The position numbers and the translations under genes were made by a program. Shown here one piece after another: positions 36,303 to 46,019 of a stretch of 64,000 nt of DNA. How positions within the stretch are numbered: position 1 is the stretch's first letter; each line of letters opens with the position of its first letter. The stretch is from Candidatus Omnitrophota bacterium (lineage in GTDB: Bacteria > Omnitrophota > Gorgyraeia > Gygaellales > Profunditerraquicolaceae). The notes beneath the pieces are model-generated. The model did no database searches. It saw nothing but the letters and a program-made list of their open reading frames with translations, and was not told the origin of the DNA. Location: positions 70,449-134,448 of the forward strand of contig VGKG01000002.1 of the NCBI GenBank assembly GCA_016867115.1, in the 5' to 3' direction.

Positions 36303-36333
36303 AAAAAAGCCCTCATAAATCGAGGGCTTTTTT
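36303..36333. terminator. Bidirectional rho-independent terminator between convergent genes.
   Basis: AAAAAAGCCCTC-ATAAATC-GAGGGCTTTTTT: a GC stem flanked by an A-run and a T-run. Confidence 0.7.
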
Positions 36334-36351
36334 ATTTGAAATAAGCGCCTA

Positions 36352-36711
36352 TTATTTTACAGGCGGCTTATCGACTCTGAAACGGTCTCCTTCGGTGCGC
36401 CAGACATAGTCAGGCTTGATGATGGAGTCGTAATTCTTAGGAACCGGGAACGGGAAGGTGACCAGGTCGTACAGGCCGGAAGCGGTCCTGGCGATCCCCC
36501 AGAAAATTCCCTTGAAAAGGCCCACGCTCATGCCGATGACGGCATTATTGCTGGCCTTCCACTCTTCGCCTATACATATAGGCACTTCTAATGCTCCTGA
36601 AAGGGCGTTTGCCGCGCCTCTGCCAAGCTTCTCGCCCGGATTTGAGGCGTACGCGCAAGTTATGAAACCCAAAGCCATTACAACTACTAACAATGCTGCT
36701 ATAAACTTCAT
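36352..36711 (-). CDS. Small secreted protein, possibly the exosortase-system-associated TIGR04073 family.
   Basis: The only convincing minus-strand gene. Start is reassigned to MKFIAALLVVVMALGF (signal peptide) behind a GGAGGTGG RBS. KLGRGAANALSGALEVP and GLYDLVTFPFPVP resemble TIGR04073 motifs; the family call is from memory. Confidence 0.45.
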   Translation of the reverse strand: MKFIAALLVVVMALGFITCAYASNPGEKLGRGAANALSGALEVPICIGEEWKASNNAVIGMSVGLFKGIFWGIARTASGLYDLVTFPFPVPKNYDSIIKPDYVWRTEGDRFRVDKPPVK

Positions 36712-36750
36712 AGCCACCTCCTTTTGATGAATAACTTTAACACGTAAGAA

Positions 36751-36782
36751 TCTTTTTGTCAATAACTTTATTGACAAAAAGA
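36751..36782. promoter_or_regulatory. Perfect 12-bp-arm palindrome TCTTTTTGTCAA-N8-TTGACAAAAAGA in the divergent promoter region upstream of groES.
   Basis: Read directly. Both arms contain TTGACA. Confidence 0.5.
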
Positions 36783-36796
36783 TTTTAAGAAAATCC

Positions 36797-36824
36797 TTGA
36801 CAAAATTTCCAATTCTTTTATAAT
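36797..36824 (+). promoter_or_regulatory. Sigma-70-like promoter for groES (TTGACA-16 nt-TATAAT).
   Basis: -35 at 36797-36802 and -10 at 36819-36824, immediately followed by CIRCE. Confidence 0.5.
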
Positions 36825-36850
36825 TAGCACTCTTGGGAATAAAGTGCTAA
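36824..36850 (+). promoter_or_regulatory. CIRCE element (HrcA operator) TTAGCACTC-N9-AAGTGCTAA.
   Basis: Matches the CIRCE consensus TTAGCACTC-N9-GAGTGCTAA with one mismatch, directly upstream of groES-groEL. Confidence 0.75.
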
Positions 36851-36881
36851 CTTAAACCAACTTTTCAGGGAGGTGCGAAAG

Positions 36882-37172
36882 ATGAACATCCAACCATTGG
36901 GTGACCGCGTGGTGATCAAGCCCCTTGAGGCGGAATCAAAAACCAAGGGCGGGATCGTTTTGCCGGATACTGCCAAGGAAAAACCCCAGGAGGGTAAGGT
37001 GGTAGCTGTAGGCAAGGGCAAAGTGCTTGAGAACGGGACAGTACAGGCGCCGGAAGTCAAAGCCGGGGATAAAGTCCTATACGGGAAATATTCCGGAAAC
37101 GAGATCACTACTGCCGAAGGCGAAGAGCTCCTGATCATGCGCGAAGAGGATGTCCTTGCAATAATAAAATAG
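36882..37172 (+). CDS. groES: Co-chaperonin GroES.
   Basis: [14 protein letters not shown]...[22 protein letters not shown]. Start is placed after the GGGAGGTG RBS. Confidence 0.95.
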   Translation: MNIQPLGDRVVIKPLEAESKTKGGIVLPDTAKEKPQEGKVVAVGKGKVLENGTVQAPEVKAGDKVLYGKYSGNEITTAEGEELLIMREEDVLAIIK

Positions 37173-37256
37173 AAGTTGCGTTAACCGTGAACCGTTAACC
37201 GTAGATATGTTAAACGGTAAACGGTAAACGTAACTTGTATAAAGGAGGGTGTTGAA

Positions 37257-38891
37257 ATGGCAAAACAATTATTATATCAGGATGAAGGCCGCAGAAAGAT
37301 CTTAAGCGGCGTGGAACAGTTAGCCAGGGCAGTGAAGGTGACCCTGGGCCCAAAGGGGCGCAATGTTGTCCTGGATAAGAAGTTCGGCTCACCCACCATC
37401 ACCAAAGACGGCGTTACCGTAGCCAAAGAGATAGACCTTGAGGATCCTTTTGAGAATATGGGCGCGCAGATGGTCAAGGAAGTTGCGGAGAAGACCTCTG
37501 ATGTCGCCGGCGACGGCACCACTACCGCCACGATCCTTGCCGAAGCGATATACCGCGAAGGATCAAAGAACGTGACCGCAGGCGCAAACCCTATGGCCCT
37601 GAAGCGCGGTATTGACAAGGCAGTGGAAAAGGTCTTTGAAGAGCTGAAAAAACTCTCCACTCCGATCAAAGATAAAAAAGAAGTGGCCCAGGTAGCTTCT
37701 ATCGCGGCAAACTGCGACACTACCATAGGCGACCTGATCGCCGAGGCTATGGATAAAGTAGGAAAGGATGGCGTCATCACCGTGGAAGAGGCAAAGGCGA
37801 CCGCGACGACATTGGAAGTCGTCGAAGGCATGCAGTTTGACCAGGGTTATCTTTCGCCCTATTTTGTCACGGATGCCGAAAGGATGGAGTGCATTTTAGA
37901 GGAGGTCTTCGTCCTCATCTACGAGAAGAAGATCTCGGCGTTAAAAGATATCCTTCCTCTCTTAGAGAAGATCGCCCGTTTGGGAAAGCCCCTTTTGATC
38001 ATTGCCGAAGAGGTCGAGGGCGAGGCCCTGGCAGCTTTGGTATTGAACAAGATCCGCGGCACTCTTTCCGCCTGCGCAGTGAAGGCTCCGGGATACGGAG
38101 ACAGGCGTAAGGCCATGCTTGAGGATATCGCCATCCTCACCGGCGGAAAAGCGCTGACCGAGGACCTGGGCATCAAGCTTGAGAGCGTCGACATCGAGGA
38201 CCTGGGCCGCGCAAAGAGAGTGAAAGTGGACAAAGAGAATACCACGATTGTCGAAGGCGCAGGTAAGACTCAGGCAGTGAACGGCAGGATCGCCCAGATC
38301 AAGAAGCAGATCGAAGATACGGATTCCGATTACGACAAAGAAAAACTCCAGGAGCGCCTGGCGAAGCTTGCCGGAGGCGTTGCCGTGATCAACGTCGGCG
38401 CTGCCACAGAGACTGAAATGAAAGAAAAGAAGGCGCGCGTGGAAGACGCATTGCATGCTACCCGCGCCGCAGTCGAAGAGGGGATCATACCCGGCGGCGG
38501 AGTAGGACTGCTACGTTGCATACCCGCGCTTGAGAAGGCAAAATTCGAAGGCGATGAAAGAATAGGCCTTGAGATAGTCAAGAGGTCGCTGGAAGAACCG
38601 TCAAGGCAGCTGGCGGCAAACGCAGGCCTAGAAGGTTCAGTCGTAGTGCAGCGTATCAAACAGGAGAAGGCCAGCGTCGGCCTGGACGTAGGCTCAGGCA
38701 ATTACGTAGACATGCTTGAAGCCGGCATCATTGACCCGACCAAGGTCACCCGTTCAGCGCTGCAGAATGCTTCAAGTATCGCAGGGCTCCTGCTGACCAC
38801 GGAAGCGGTGGTCACGGAAAAGCCGGAGAAGGAAGAAAAGATGCCTCCGATGCCAGGCGGCGGAATGGGCGGTATGGGAGGAATGTATTAA
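37257..38891 (+). CDS. groEL: Chaperonin GroEL.
   Basis: Full-length Hsp60 with a C-terminal GGM repeat ([13 protein letters not shown]). Confidence 0.97.
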   Translation: MAKQLLYQDEGRRKILSGVEQLARAVKVTLGPKGRNVVLDKKFGSPTITKDGVTVAKEIDLEDPFENMGAQMVKEVAEKTSDVAGDGTTTATILAEAIYREGSKNVTAGANPMALKRGIDKAVEKVFEELKKLSTPIKDKKEVAQVASIAANCDTTIGDLIAEAMDKVGKDGVITVEEAKATATTLEVVEGMQFDQGYLSPYFVTDAERMECILEEVFVLIYEKKISALKDILPLLEKIARLGKPLLIIAEEVEGEALAALVLNKIRGTLSACAVKAPGYGDRRKAMLEDIAILTGGKALTEDLGIKLESVDIEDLGRAKRVKVDKENTTIVEGAGKTQAVNGRIAQIKKQIEDTDSDYDKEKLQERLAKLAGGVAVINVGAATETEMKEKKARVEDALHATRAAVEEGIIPGGGVGLLRCIPALEKAKFEGDERIGLEIVKRSLEEPSRQLAANAGLEGSVVVQRIKQEKASVGLDVGSGNYVDMLEAGIIDPTKVTRSALQNASSIAGLLLTTEAVVTEKPEKEEKMPPMPGGGMGGMGGMY

Positions 38892-38932
38892 AACAGTAGA
38901 TAGTATACTGTATACTGTATGCTGTATGCAGC

Positions 38933-38963
38933 AAAAAGGGCGAAAGGAAACTTTCGCCCTTTT
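38933..38963 (+). terminator. Rho-independent terminator after groEL.
   Basis: AAAAAGGGCGAAAG-GAAA-CTTTCGCCCTTTT. Confidence 0.7.
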
Positions 38964-38973
38964 ATATTATTTC

Positions 38974-39002
38974 TTGACAAAAACTTAAAGATAGTGTAAA
39001 AT
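38974..39002 (+). promoter_or_regulatory. Sigma-70-like promoter upstream of guaB-like/guaA (TTGACA-17 nt-TAAAAT).
   Basis: -35 at 38974-38979 and -10 at 38997-39002. Confidence 0.4.
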
Positions 39003-39089
39003 CCCAACATCATTTCAGTCGGAGTTCATCTGGAAGCAGTAAAAATCCATAATATATTGTAATATAATAGTTTAGAATAAGGAGTCGCA

Positions 39090-40250
39090 ATGGCAGAATG
39101 GATAGGTATAGGTAAGCGAAGCCGCCGTTGTTACGGCTTTGATGAAGTGGCGCTGGTGCCGGGTGAGAAAACAGTTAACCCGAACGAAGTGGATACTTCC
39201 TTTGAAATCGCCGGGAAAAAGTTCAAAGTCCCCATTGTCGCCGCGGCAATGGACGGGGTGGTGGATGTAAAGTTCGCCGTAGAGATGTCGAAAATCGGCG
39301 GCATCGCCGTGCTGAACCTTGACGGCGTGCAGACCCGTTACGATAACCCTGATTCGGTCTTAGAGCAGATCGCAAAGGCTACTCCCCAGAAAGCCACCGA
39401 GCTTATCCAGTCCCTGTATATCAAACCCATCAAAGAAAAGCTCATCTCTAAAAGGATCGCCGAGATAAAAAAGAAGAAGGGCACCGCGGCCGTAAGCTGT
39501 ATCCCGGCTCATGCGGAACGCTTTGCCGGGATCGCCGAGGAGAGCGGTGCGGATATATTCGTCGTCCAGTCTACTGTCACCACCACAAAGCATGTGGCCA
39601 GGGAATATAAAAGCCTTGACCTGGCCAGGTTCTGCAAGTCTGCCAAGATGCCGGTGATCCTGGGCAACTGCGTTACATACGAGACTACCCTGGAATTGAT
39701 GGAGGCCGGAGCCTCGGGGCTTTTGATAGGTATCGGGCCGGGTGCCGCCTGTACTACGCGCGGAGTGCTCGGCATCGGGGTGCCGCAAGTCACCGCTACC
39801 GTTGATGCTGCGGCAGCGCGCGATTTCTATCATAAGCGTTACGGAAAATATATCCCCATCATCACTGACGGCGGCATGAACCGCGGCGGGGACATCTGCA
39901 AGGCTTTTGCCAGCGGCGCCGATGCAGTGATGATCGGCTCAAGTTTTGCCCGCGCCGTCGAAGCTCCGGGGAGGGGCTACCACTGGGGCATGGCCACTTC
40001 TAATGTCAATCTCCCCCGCGGCACCCGGATCTATGTCGGCACCACCGGTACGCTTAAAGACATACTTTTTGGCCCGGCGAAAGTCGATGACGGATCGCAG
40101 AATCTGATGGGCGCCCTGAAGACCTCTATGGGCAGCCTGGGAGCGGCTAACCTTACTGCGATGCACGATGTAGAGATCATTATCGCCCCTTCCATACAGA
40201 CCGAAGGAAAGATTTTCCAGGCGAGCCAGAGAGTAGGGATGGGTAAATAA
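39090..40250 (+). CDS. guaB: IMP dehydrogenase family protein lacking the CBS subdomain (GuaB3 / IMPDH-related type).
   Basis: Catalytic-loop GIGPGAACTTR with the Cys retained, a TIM barrel of about 386 aa, and no CBS pair. Adjacent to guaA. Confidence 0.65.
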   Translation: MAEWIGIGKRSRRCYGFDEVALVPGEKTVNPNEVDTSFEIAGKKFKVPIVAAAMDGVVDVKFAVEMSKIGGIAVLNLDGVQTRYDNPDSVLEQIAKATPQKATELIQSLYIKPIKEKLISKRIAEIKKKKGTAAVSCIPAHAERFAGIAEESGADIFVVQSTVTTTKHVAREYKSLDLARFCKSAKMPVILGNCVTYETTLELMEAGASGLLIGIGPGAACTTRGVLGIGVPQVTATVDAAAARDFYHKRYGKYIPIITDGGMNRGGDICKAFASGADAVMIGSSFARAVEAPGRGYHWGMATSNVNLPRGTRIYVGTTGTLKDILFGPAKVDDGSQNLMGALKTSMGSLGAANLTAMHDVEIIIAPSIQTEGKIFQASQRVGMGK

Positions 40251-41861
40251 ATGAAAAAATCCAGAAGAAAAAAGACGAAAGCAACTGCCAGGCCTAAGCC
40301 GGATAAGGAAGCCGGAAAGACAGTCAGACAAACAGTGCTGATCCTTGATTTCGGCTCGCAGTATACCCAGCTGATCGCCCGCAGGGTAAGGGAGAACAAG
40401 GTCTTCTCCCGGATCATTCCCTACAATACTCCGGCAAAAGAGATCGCCGCTATGGCCCCTAAGGGATTGATCCTCTCAGGCGGCCCTGCTTCGGTGACCC
40501 AGAAAAAGAGCCCGGTGCCGGATAAGGGGATATTCAAGTTAGGCGTCCCGGTCCTGGGGATCTGTTACGGCATGCAGGTCACCTGCGAGATGCTCGGCGG
40601 CAAAGTCAGGCATACCAGCGAGCGCGAATACGGGAAGGCCGAACTCTTCATCGACGATAACCGCGACCTCTTCAGCCATCTTCCGGGGAATTTCACCTGC
40701 TGGGCCAGCCACGGCGACCATCTGAAGAAACTTCCGCCCGGCTTTGCAGTGAGCGCTCATACCATGAATGCGCCCATAGCCGCCATCTCCAACCGCAAAC
40801 GCAAGATCTACGGGGTGCAATTCCATCCCGAAGTCACCCATACCGAACGCGGTAATCAGATCTTAAGCAATTTTCTCTTTAAGATCTGCGGCTGCCTCGG
40901 CCGCTGGACCATGCAGTCTTTTATAAAAGAGACGGTGGCCAATCTTAAGAAGGCTATTGGAAAGGACAAAGTAGTCCTTGGCCTTTCCGGCGGGGTCGAC
41001 TCTTCGGTGACCGCCCTTTTGATCCACCGGGCGATCGGGAAGAACCTGAGGAGCATATTTGTGGATAACGGGCTGTTGCGTAAAGACGAGCCCCAGCAGA
41101 TCAAAAAAGTCTTTAAGGAGATGTATCACCTTAACCTTGATTACGTGGACAGGAGCAAACGTTTCCTTGAGCGGCTCAAAGGCGTGACTGACCCCGAAGA
41201 AAAACGGAAGATCATCGGCAGCGAGTTCGTAAAGGTCTTTGAGGAAGAAGCTAAGAAGTTCAAGGGGGTAAAATTCCTTGCCCAGGGCACGCTCTATCCA
41301 GACGTGATCGAATCAGTCTCCGCAACCGGCGCTCCGACCAGCCGGATCAAGACCCATCATAATGTCGGCGGCCTTCCGGCGCAGATGAAATTAAAGCTTA
41401 TAGAGCCGTTAAGAGAGCTTTTTAAAGACGAAGTCCGCGCGATCGGAAAAGATATGGGCCTTCCCGAGCAGATAATTTACCGGCAGCCGTTTCCCGGGCC
41501 CGGGCTTTCCATCAGGATCATCGGCGAAGTGTCCAAAGAGAGGCTTGAGGTCCTGCGCGAAGTCGACCGCCGGGTGATCGAAGAGGTGCGGGCTGCGGGG
41601 TTTTATGAGCAGGTCTGGCAGTCTTTCGCCATACTTCTTCCGGTCAAAACCGTGGGAGTGATGGGCGATGAGCGCACTTACGAGAATGTGGTCGCTCTGC
41701 GCTGCGTCGAAAGCCAGGACGGCATGACTGCCGACTGGGTGAAGCTGCCTTACGTCGTCCTTGAGAAGATCTCAAACCGCATAATCAACGAAGTCAAAGG
41801 CGTAAACCGCGTTGTTTACGATATTTCCTCCAAGCCTCCTGCGACAATCGAATGGGAGTGA
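40251..41861 (+). CDS. guaA: GMP synthase (glutamine-hydrolysing).
   Basis: GATase domain (GICYGMQ), PP-loop SGGVDSS, C-terminal dimerisation domain. A Lys-rich ~25-aa N-terminal extension is present. Confidence 0.95.
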   Translation: MKKSRRKKTKATARPKPDKEAGKTVRQTVLILDFGSQYTQLIARRVRENKVFSRIIPYNTPAKEIAAMAPKGLILSGGPASVTQKKSPVPDKGIFKLGVPVLGICYGMQVTCEMLGGKVRHTSEREYGKAELFIDDNRDLFSHLPGNFTCWASHGDHLKKLPPGFAVSAHTMNAPIAAISNRKRKIYGVQFHPEVTHTERGNQILSNFLFKICGCLGRWTMQSFIKETVANLKKAIGKDKVVLGLSGGVDSSVTALLIHRAIGKNLRSIFVDNGLLRKDEPQQIKKVFKEMYHLNLDYVDRSKRFLERLKGVTDPEEKRKIIGSEFVKVFEEEAKKFKGVKFLAQGTLYPDVIESVSATGAPTSRIKTHHNVGGLPAQMKLKLIEPLRELFKDEVRAIGKDMGLPEQIIYRQPFPGPGLSIRIIGEVSKERLEVLREVDRRVIEEVRAAGFYEQVWQSFAILLPVKTVGVMGDERTYENVVALRCVESQDGMTADWVKLPYVVLEKISNRIINEVKGVNRVVYDISSKPPATIEWE

Positions 41862-42012
41862 TACTTAAGCGATTCAGTAACCAGTAGCGTTTACCGCTTA
41901 CCCGTTCGTCTCCGCCACAAAAGATGGCGGGTCCTCACTGTTTACCGTTCACCGTAAAACATACGGTAAACGGTACACGGTTAACGGTAAACAAAACTTC
42001 CATTATAATTTT

Positions 42013-45000
42013 TTGACTGGAATGCCCCATTCCGAGTTCATCCACCTGCATCTGCACACCCAATACAGCCTCTTAGACGGCGCATGCCGCATCCCGGATA
42101 TCCTTAGCCTGGCGCAAAAATATAAGATGGATTCCCTGGCTATCACCGACCACGGGAACATGTTCGGCGCCATCGAGTTTTACCTTGAAGCGCAGAAAAG
42201 CGGCATCAAACCTATTATCGGCTGCGAAGCTTATGTCGCTGCGAACAGCCGCCTGGATAAGACCGCATCCGGCATAGATGAGGCCTCCTATCATCTGATC
42301 CTTTTGGCGCGCGACGAGACAGGATATCAGAATCTGATGAAGCTGGTCTCAGCCGGGTATCTCGAAGGTTTCTATTACCGGCCCCGGATCGATAAAGAGA
42401 TCTTGGGGCAATACTCCCGCGGCCTGATCGGCCTTTCCGCCTGCCTTAAGGGAGAGATCCCCGCGCTGCTGGCGGAGAGGCGCTTTAACGATGCCTTGAA
42501 GTGCGCTGACACCTATTTGAACATATTCGGAAAAGGCAATTTCTACCTGGAGGTCCAGCCAAACTCTATTCCCGAACAAAAAGTCGTAAATGACGGGCTG
42601 GTCAAAATTTCTAAGGAGTTAGGTATTCCCCTTGTCGCCACTAATGACGTGCATTACCTTAGCGCCTCCCATGCGGCAAGCCATGAGGCCCTGCTTTGCA
42701 TCCAGACTCAATCGACACTGGATGATCCTAATCATATGCGTTTTCAGACCGAGGAGTTTTATTTCCGCTCTCCGCAGGAGATGAAAGACGCCTTTAAAGA
42801 TATCCCCGAGGCGGTAACCAATACCGTTGAGATCGCCGGGCGCTGCAACCTGGAGCTTGATTTTACCCGGATACACCTGCCTAAATACGACCCGCCGGGA
42901 GAAAAATCTAAGGAGGACTTCCTGAGGGCCCTCTGCGACGAAGGCCTGAAAAGACGCTATCCCGGGGTGACGCCGGAGATCCAGCAGCGGCTTGAACATG
43001 AATTGAAGATCATTAAGAATATGGGTTTTGTCAGTTACTTCCTGATCGTCTGGGATTTCATCCACTTTGCCAGGGCTAAAGGTATACCGGTGGGGCCGGG
43101 CAGAGGCTCTGCAGCAGGAAGCCTGGTAAGCTTCCTTTTGGGGATCACTGATGTCGATCCCCTGAAATACAGCCTGCTTTTCGAAAGGTTCCTTAATCCC
43201 GAACGTTTAGGGCTCCCCGATATAGACATCGACTTCTGCTACGAAAGAAGGCCGGAGGTCATTGACTACGTGACTAACAAGTACGGCCGAGGCAATGTAT
43301 CTCAGATCATCACCTTCGGGACCATGCAGGCGCGCGCCGTAGTCCGGGACGTGGGAAGGGTCATGGGGATGAGTTACGCTGATGTGGACAGGATCGCCAA
43401 GATGATCCCCCCGCCACCTGACCCGACCAAGCCGGAAAACAACCTGAAGAACGCCCTGGAAAGCGAGGCCGAGTTAAGCAGCCTCTACAGGAACGATCCG
43501 CAGATCACCAAGCTCATCAATACCGGGCTCTCGCTTGAGGGTATGACGCGTCACGCATCAATCCATGCGGCGGGAGTGGTGATCGCTGATAAACCGCTGG
43601 ATAATTACGTACCTCTTTTCAAGACTGCTGACGAACAGATTGCCACCGGTTACAGCATGGAGTGGCTGGAGAAGATCGGCCTGCTGAAAGTGGATTTTCT
43701 GGGACTGCGCACCCTTACGGTCATCGATGAGACCGTAAAATTGGTCCGAAAGACCCGGGGTGAGGACATTGATATAGAGAACCTTCCCCTTGACGACGCA
43801 AAGACCTATCAGTTGCTCTCCGCAGCCCGCACGATCGGCGTGTTCCAGGTAGAAAGTACGGGCATGCGCGACCTCCTGCGCAAGCTTCAGCCCGACCGCT
43901 TCGAAGACCTGATCGCTCTGCTTGCCCTCTACCGTCCCGGCCCCATAGGTTCGGGGATGCTCGATGATTTTATCAAACGCAAGCATAACCTTACGCCGAT
44001 CAAATACGAGCATCCGACATTAGAGCCGATCCTGAAAGAGACTTACGGGATCATGCTCTATCAGGAGCAGGTCATGCAGATCGCATCCATCATGGCCGGC
44101 TTCTCGCTTGCCCAGGCAGACCTCTTGCGTAAGGCTATGGGCAAGAAGATCCCAGAGGTCATGGAGAAGCAGAGGAAGAACTTTATGGCCGGCTGCATGA
44201 AAAACGGCATCAAGGAGCTCTTGGCGAGCAAGATTTTCGACCTGATCGAATATTTCGCGGGTTACGGCTTCAATAAGAGCCATTCTACCGCCTATGCCCT
44301 GATCTCCTACCGTACCGCCTACTTGAAAGCGAACTTCCCCGTTGAGTTCATGACCGCGTTACTGACGTCGGAGCGCAATGACACTGATAAGATCGTAGAA
44401 TACGTCAATGAGTCCGGGCGCATGGGCCTCTCGATCTTGCCCCCCGATATCAACGAAAGCGGGGTTATGTTCGAAGCGGTTGACGAGAGATCGATCCGTT
44501 TCGGGCTTATCGCGGTCAAGAATGTGGGAGTAGGAGCTGCGGAGTCGATAGTCGCAGCGAGAAAGAACGGAAAGTCCGCGTCTCTGGAAGACCTGTGCCA
44601 GCGTATTGATTTAAGGCTCGCCAACCGCAAGGTCCTTGAGAGTCTGATCAAATGCGGAGCGCTGGATACATTCGCTTTATCGCGCGCACAGATGCTTTCA
44701 AGCCTTGAGTCCGTGTTGGAAAGCGCCTCGCGCAGGCAGAAAGACAAGGCCAAGGGCCAGATCTCATTTTTTGACGAAGCTTTCTCCTCAAACGGCTTCG
44801 GGCAGGTCTCCCTTAATAATAATTCGGCTCATGTTAAAGAGTGGCCTGAGCCGCAGCTCCTGGCTTTTGAGAAAGAGATGATCGGGTTTTATTTAAGCGG
44901 CCATCCCCTGGCGCGCTACGCCGGACAACTCAAGCGTTTTGCCTCCACCTCTACCGGCGCCCTGCGCCAGCACGCCGACGAAGAGGTGATCAAGATCGTC

Positions 45001-45477
45001 GGACTGATCCTGAAGGTCAAGCATACGGTCACCCGGGCAAAGCAGGAGAAGATGGCGATCATGCTGATGGAGGACCTGGAAGGGACGGTGGAGGTTATCG
45101 TTTTTCCGCGTGCCTTTCAGAAGGTGAGCCGCTATTTGCTGCCCGGCAGCGTGGTCCTGATCAAGGGAGCCCTGAACCTGAAAGAAGAGACTCCGAAGAT
45201 TTTCGCCGAAGACCTCTTTCCCGTGGATGAGATCTATAAACTCATCACCGGTTTAAAAATAAACCTCTCCGGCATCAGGGAAAACATATTTAACAGCCTC
45301 AAGGCGCTTCTTCTTGGCGCGCCCGGAAATATCCCTGTCTATCTGCACCTGGACACCCCGACTAAAACGCGCACGCATATCGTTGTGGGAGAGGGGCTTT
45401 ACGTAAAGCCTTCGGAAAAATTGATCCAGGACATAGAAGACCTCCTAGACGAAGAGCGCCTTTCGCTGGTAATTTAG
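42013..45477 (+). CDS. dnaE: DNA polymerase III alpha subunit.
   Basis: PHP domain HLHLHTQYSLLDGA, polymerase core, OB fold, 1154 aa. Confidence 0.95.
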   Translation: MTGMPHSEFIHLHLHTQYSLLDGACRIPDILSLAQKYKMDSLAITDHGNMFGAIEFYLEAQKSGIKPIIGCEAYVAANSRLDKTASGIDEASYHLILLARDETGYQNLMKLVSAGYLEGFYYRPRIDKEILGQYSRGLIGLSACLKGEIPALLAERRFNDALKCADTYLNIFGKGNFYLEVQPNSIPEQKVVNDGLVKISKELGIPLVATNDVHYLSASHAASHEALLCIQTQSTLDDPNHMRFQTEEFYFRSPQEMKDAFKDIPEAVTNTVEIAGRCNLELDFTRIHLPKYDPPGEKSKEDFLRALCDEGLKRRYPGVTPEIQQRLEHELKIIKNMGFVSYFLIVWDFIHFARAKGIPVGPGRGSAAGSLVSFLLGITDVDPLKYSLLFERFLNPERLGLPDIDIDFCYERRPEVIDYVTNKYGRGNVSQIITFGTMQARAVVRDVGRVMGMSYADVDRIAKMIPPPPDPTKPENNLKNALESEAELSSLYRNDPQITKLINTGLSLEGMTRHASIHAAGVVIADKPLDNYVPLFKTADEQIATGYSMEWLEKIGLLKVDFLGLRTLTVIDETVKLVRKTRGEDIDIENLPLDDAKTYQLLSAARTIGVFQVESTGMRDLLRKLQPDRFEDLIALLALYRPGPIGSGMLDDFIKRKHNLTPIKYEHPTLEPILKETYGIMLYQEQVMQIASIMAGFSLAQADLLRKAMGKKIPEVMEKQRKNFMAGCMKNGIKELLASKIFDLIEYFAGYGFNKSHSTAYALISYRTAYLKANFPVEFMTALLTSERNDTDKIVEYVNESGRMGLSILPPDINESGVMFEAVDERSIRFGLIAVKNVGVGAAESIVAARKNGKSASLEDLCQRIDLRLANRKVLESLIKCGALDTFALSRAQMLSSLESVLESASRRQKDKAKGQISFFDEAFSSNGFGQVSLNNNSAHVKEWPEPQLLAFEKEMIGFYLSGHPLARYAGQLKRFASTSTGALRQHADEEVIKIVGLILKVKHTVTRAKQEKMAIMLMEDLEGTVEVIVFPRAFQKVSRYLLPGSVVLIKGALNLKEETPKIFAEDLFPVDEIYKLITGLKINLSGIRENIFNSLKALLLGAPGNIPVYLHLDTPTKTRTHIVVGEGLYVKPSEKLIQDIEDLLDEERLSLVI

Positions 45478-45564
45478 TGCTTGACACCGTATCTTTTTGG
45501 GGTTATTATACTTAGAAACAAGGCCAGACGCCTTTAAATCTGGAGTTTACCCCGGAGGTAGGAG

Positions 45565-45837
45565 ATGACTAAAAAAGATATTATCCTGAAAGTTTCAGAC
45601 GAGACCGGCTTAAAGCAGATAGATGTGAAAAAGGTCGTGCAGAAGACTTTTGATACGATTGTGGAGGCGCTGGTAAGGGGAGAAAAGATAGAGCTGCGCA
45701 ATTTCGGAGTCTTTAAGATCAAACAGCGTAAGTCCCGCACCGGAAGGAACCCGCGTACGAATCAGGTGATCCCTGTCCCACCGAGGAAAGTCGTCGTCTT
45801 TAAGGCAGGCCTTGAGATGAAGCAACAGGTTAAGTGA
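45565..45837 (+). CDS. HU/IHF family DNA-binding protein.
   Basis: 90 aa, GFGKFE-like arm region (RNFGVFKIKQRKSRTGRNPRT), and a TTGACA-17-TATTAT promoter at 45481-45509. Confidence 0.85.
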   Translation: MTKKDIILKVSDETGLKQIDVKKVVQKTFDTIVEALVRGEKIELRNFGVFKIKQRKSRTGRNPRTNQVIPVPPRKVVVFKAGLEMKQQVK

Positions 45838-46019
45838 GCGCATAAGACCCTTCTCTATAGGATGAGAAGGCCTACCCCCTTGCGGGGTAAGTTATGGAGT
45901 CGGGTTTTAACTAATGGCGACATAACTTATAAGTGCGAACTTATAACCCACCGAAAAATACAGTAGATAGCAGTTAGCAGATAGTAGTTAGGGAAAATAC
46001 AAGCCAATCTAAAGATTTC

